Assembly (NCBI GenBank): GCA_964016885.1
Contig: OZ024740.1
Location: 417,074,001 to 417,138,000 of the forward strand
Length of the DNA stretch: 64,000 nucleotides
Origin: Eledone cirrhosa
Taxonomy: Eukaryota
Direction of reading: 5' to 3'
Shown here: positions 63,991-64,000 of the stretch, piece by piece
Position numbering within the stretch: the first letter of the stretch is position 1
Layout of the letters: each line of letters opens with the position of its first letter
The notes under the pieces: model-generated
Databases searched by the model: none
What the model saw: the letters and a program-made list of their open reading frames with translations, nothing else
Told to the model about the DNA's origin: nothing
Made by a program: the position numbers and the translations under genes

Positions 63991-64000
63991 TTAATATTTT

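Overview
AT-rich, repeat-dense animal genomic DNA, most likely octopus/coleoid cephalopod (inferred from the repeat content). No host protein-coding exon can be supported, so the window looks intergenic or intronic. Contents: (1) Tx1/L1-clade LINEs, comprising a head-to-tail stack of four copies separated by (GATA)n tracts (45.2-56.2 kb; one near full length with ORF1 zinc knuckle plus APE-RT-ZnF ORF2) and a 5'-truncated copy with an (ATT)n tail. (2) Penelope-like retroelements of Naiad type (RT + GIY-YIG) and several pLTR remnants carrying hammerhead ribozyme motifs, mostly beside (TA)n tracts and often folded back into long inverted repeats. (3) Five 3' fragments of CRE-like elements with a restriction-like endonuclease. 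(4) RTE fragments, one with a twin-priming-type inversion. (5) More than 20 tRNA-derived SINE copies of two families. (6) A non-autonomous Helitron, piggyBac-like and hAT-like MITEs, and a CTAG-ended fold-back element. (7) Large minisatellites (66, 59, 29, 45 and 40 bp units), two of them born from SINE parts. Best candidates for novelty: a (GATA)n-targeting Tx1 family, a SINE sharing its 3' tail with that Tx1 lineage, and (TA)n-associated hammerhead-bearing Penelope-like elements. All calls come from reading the sequence; no searches were run.
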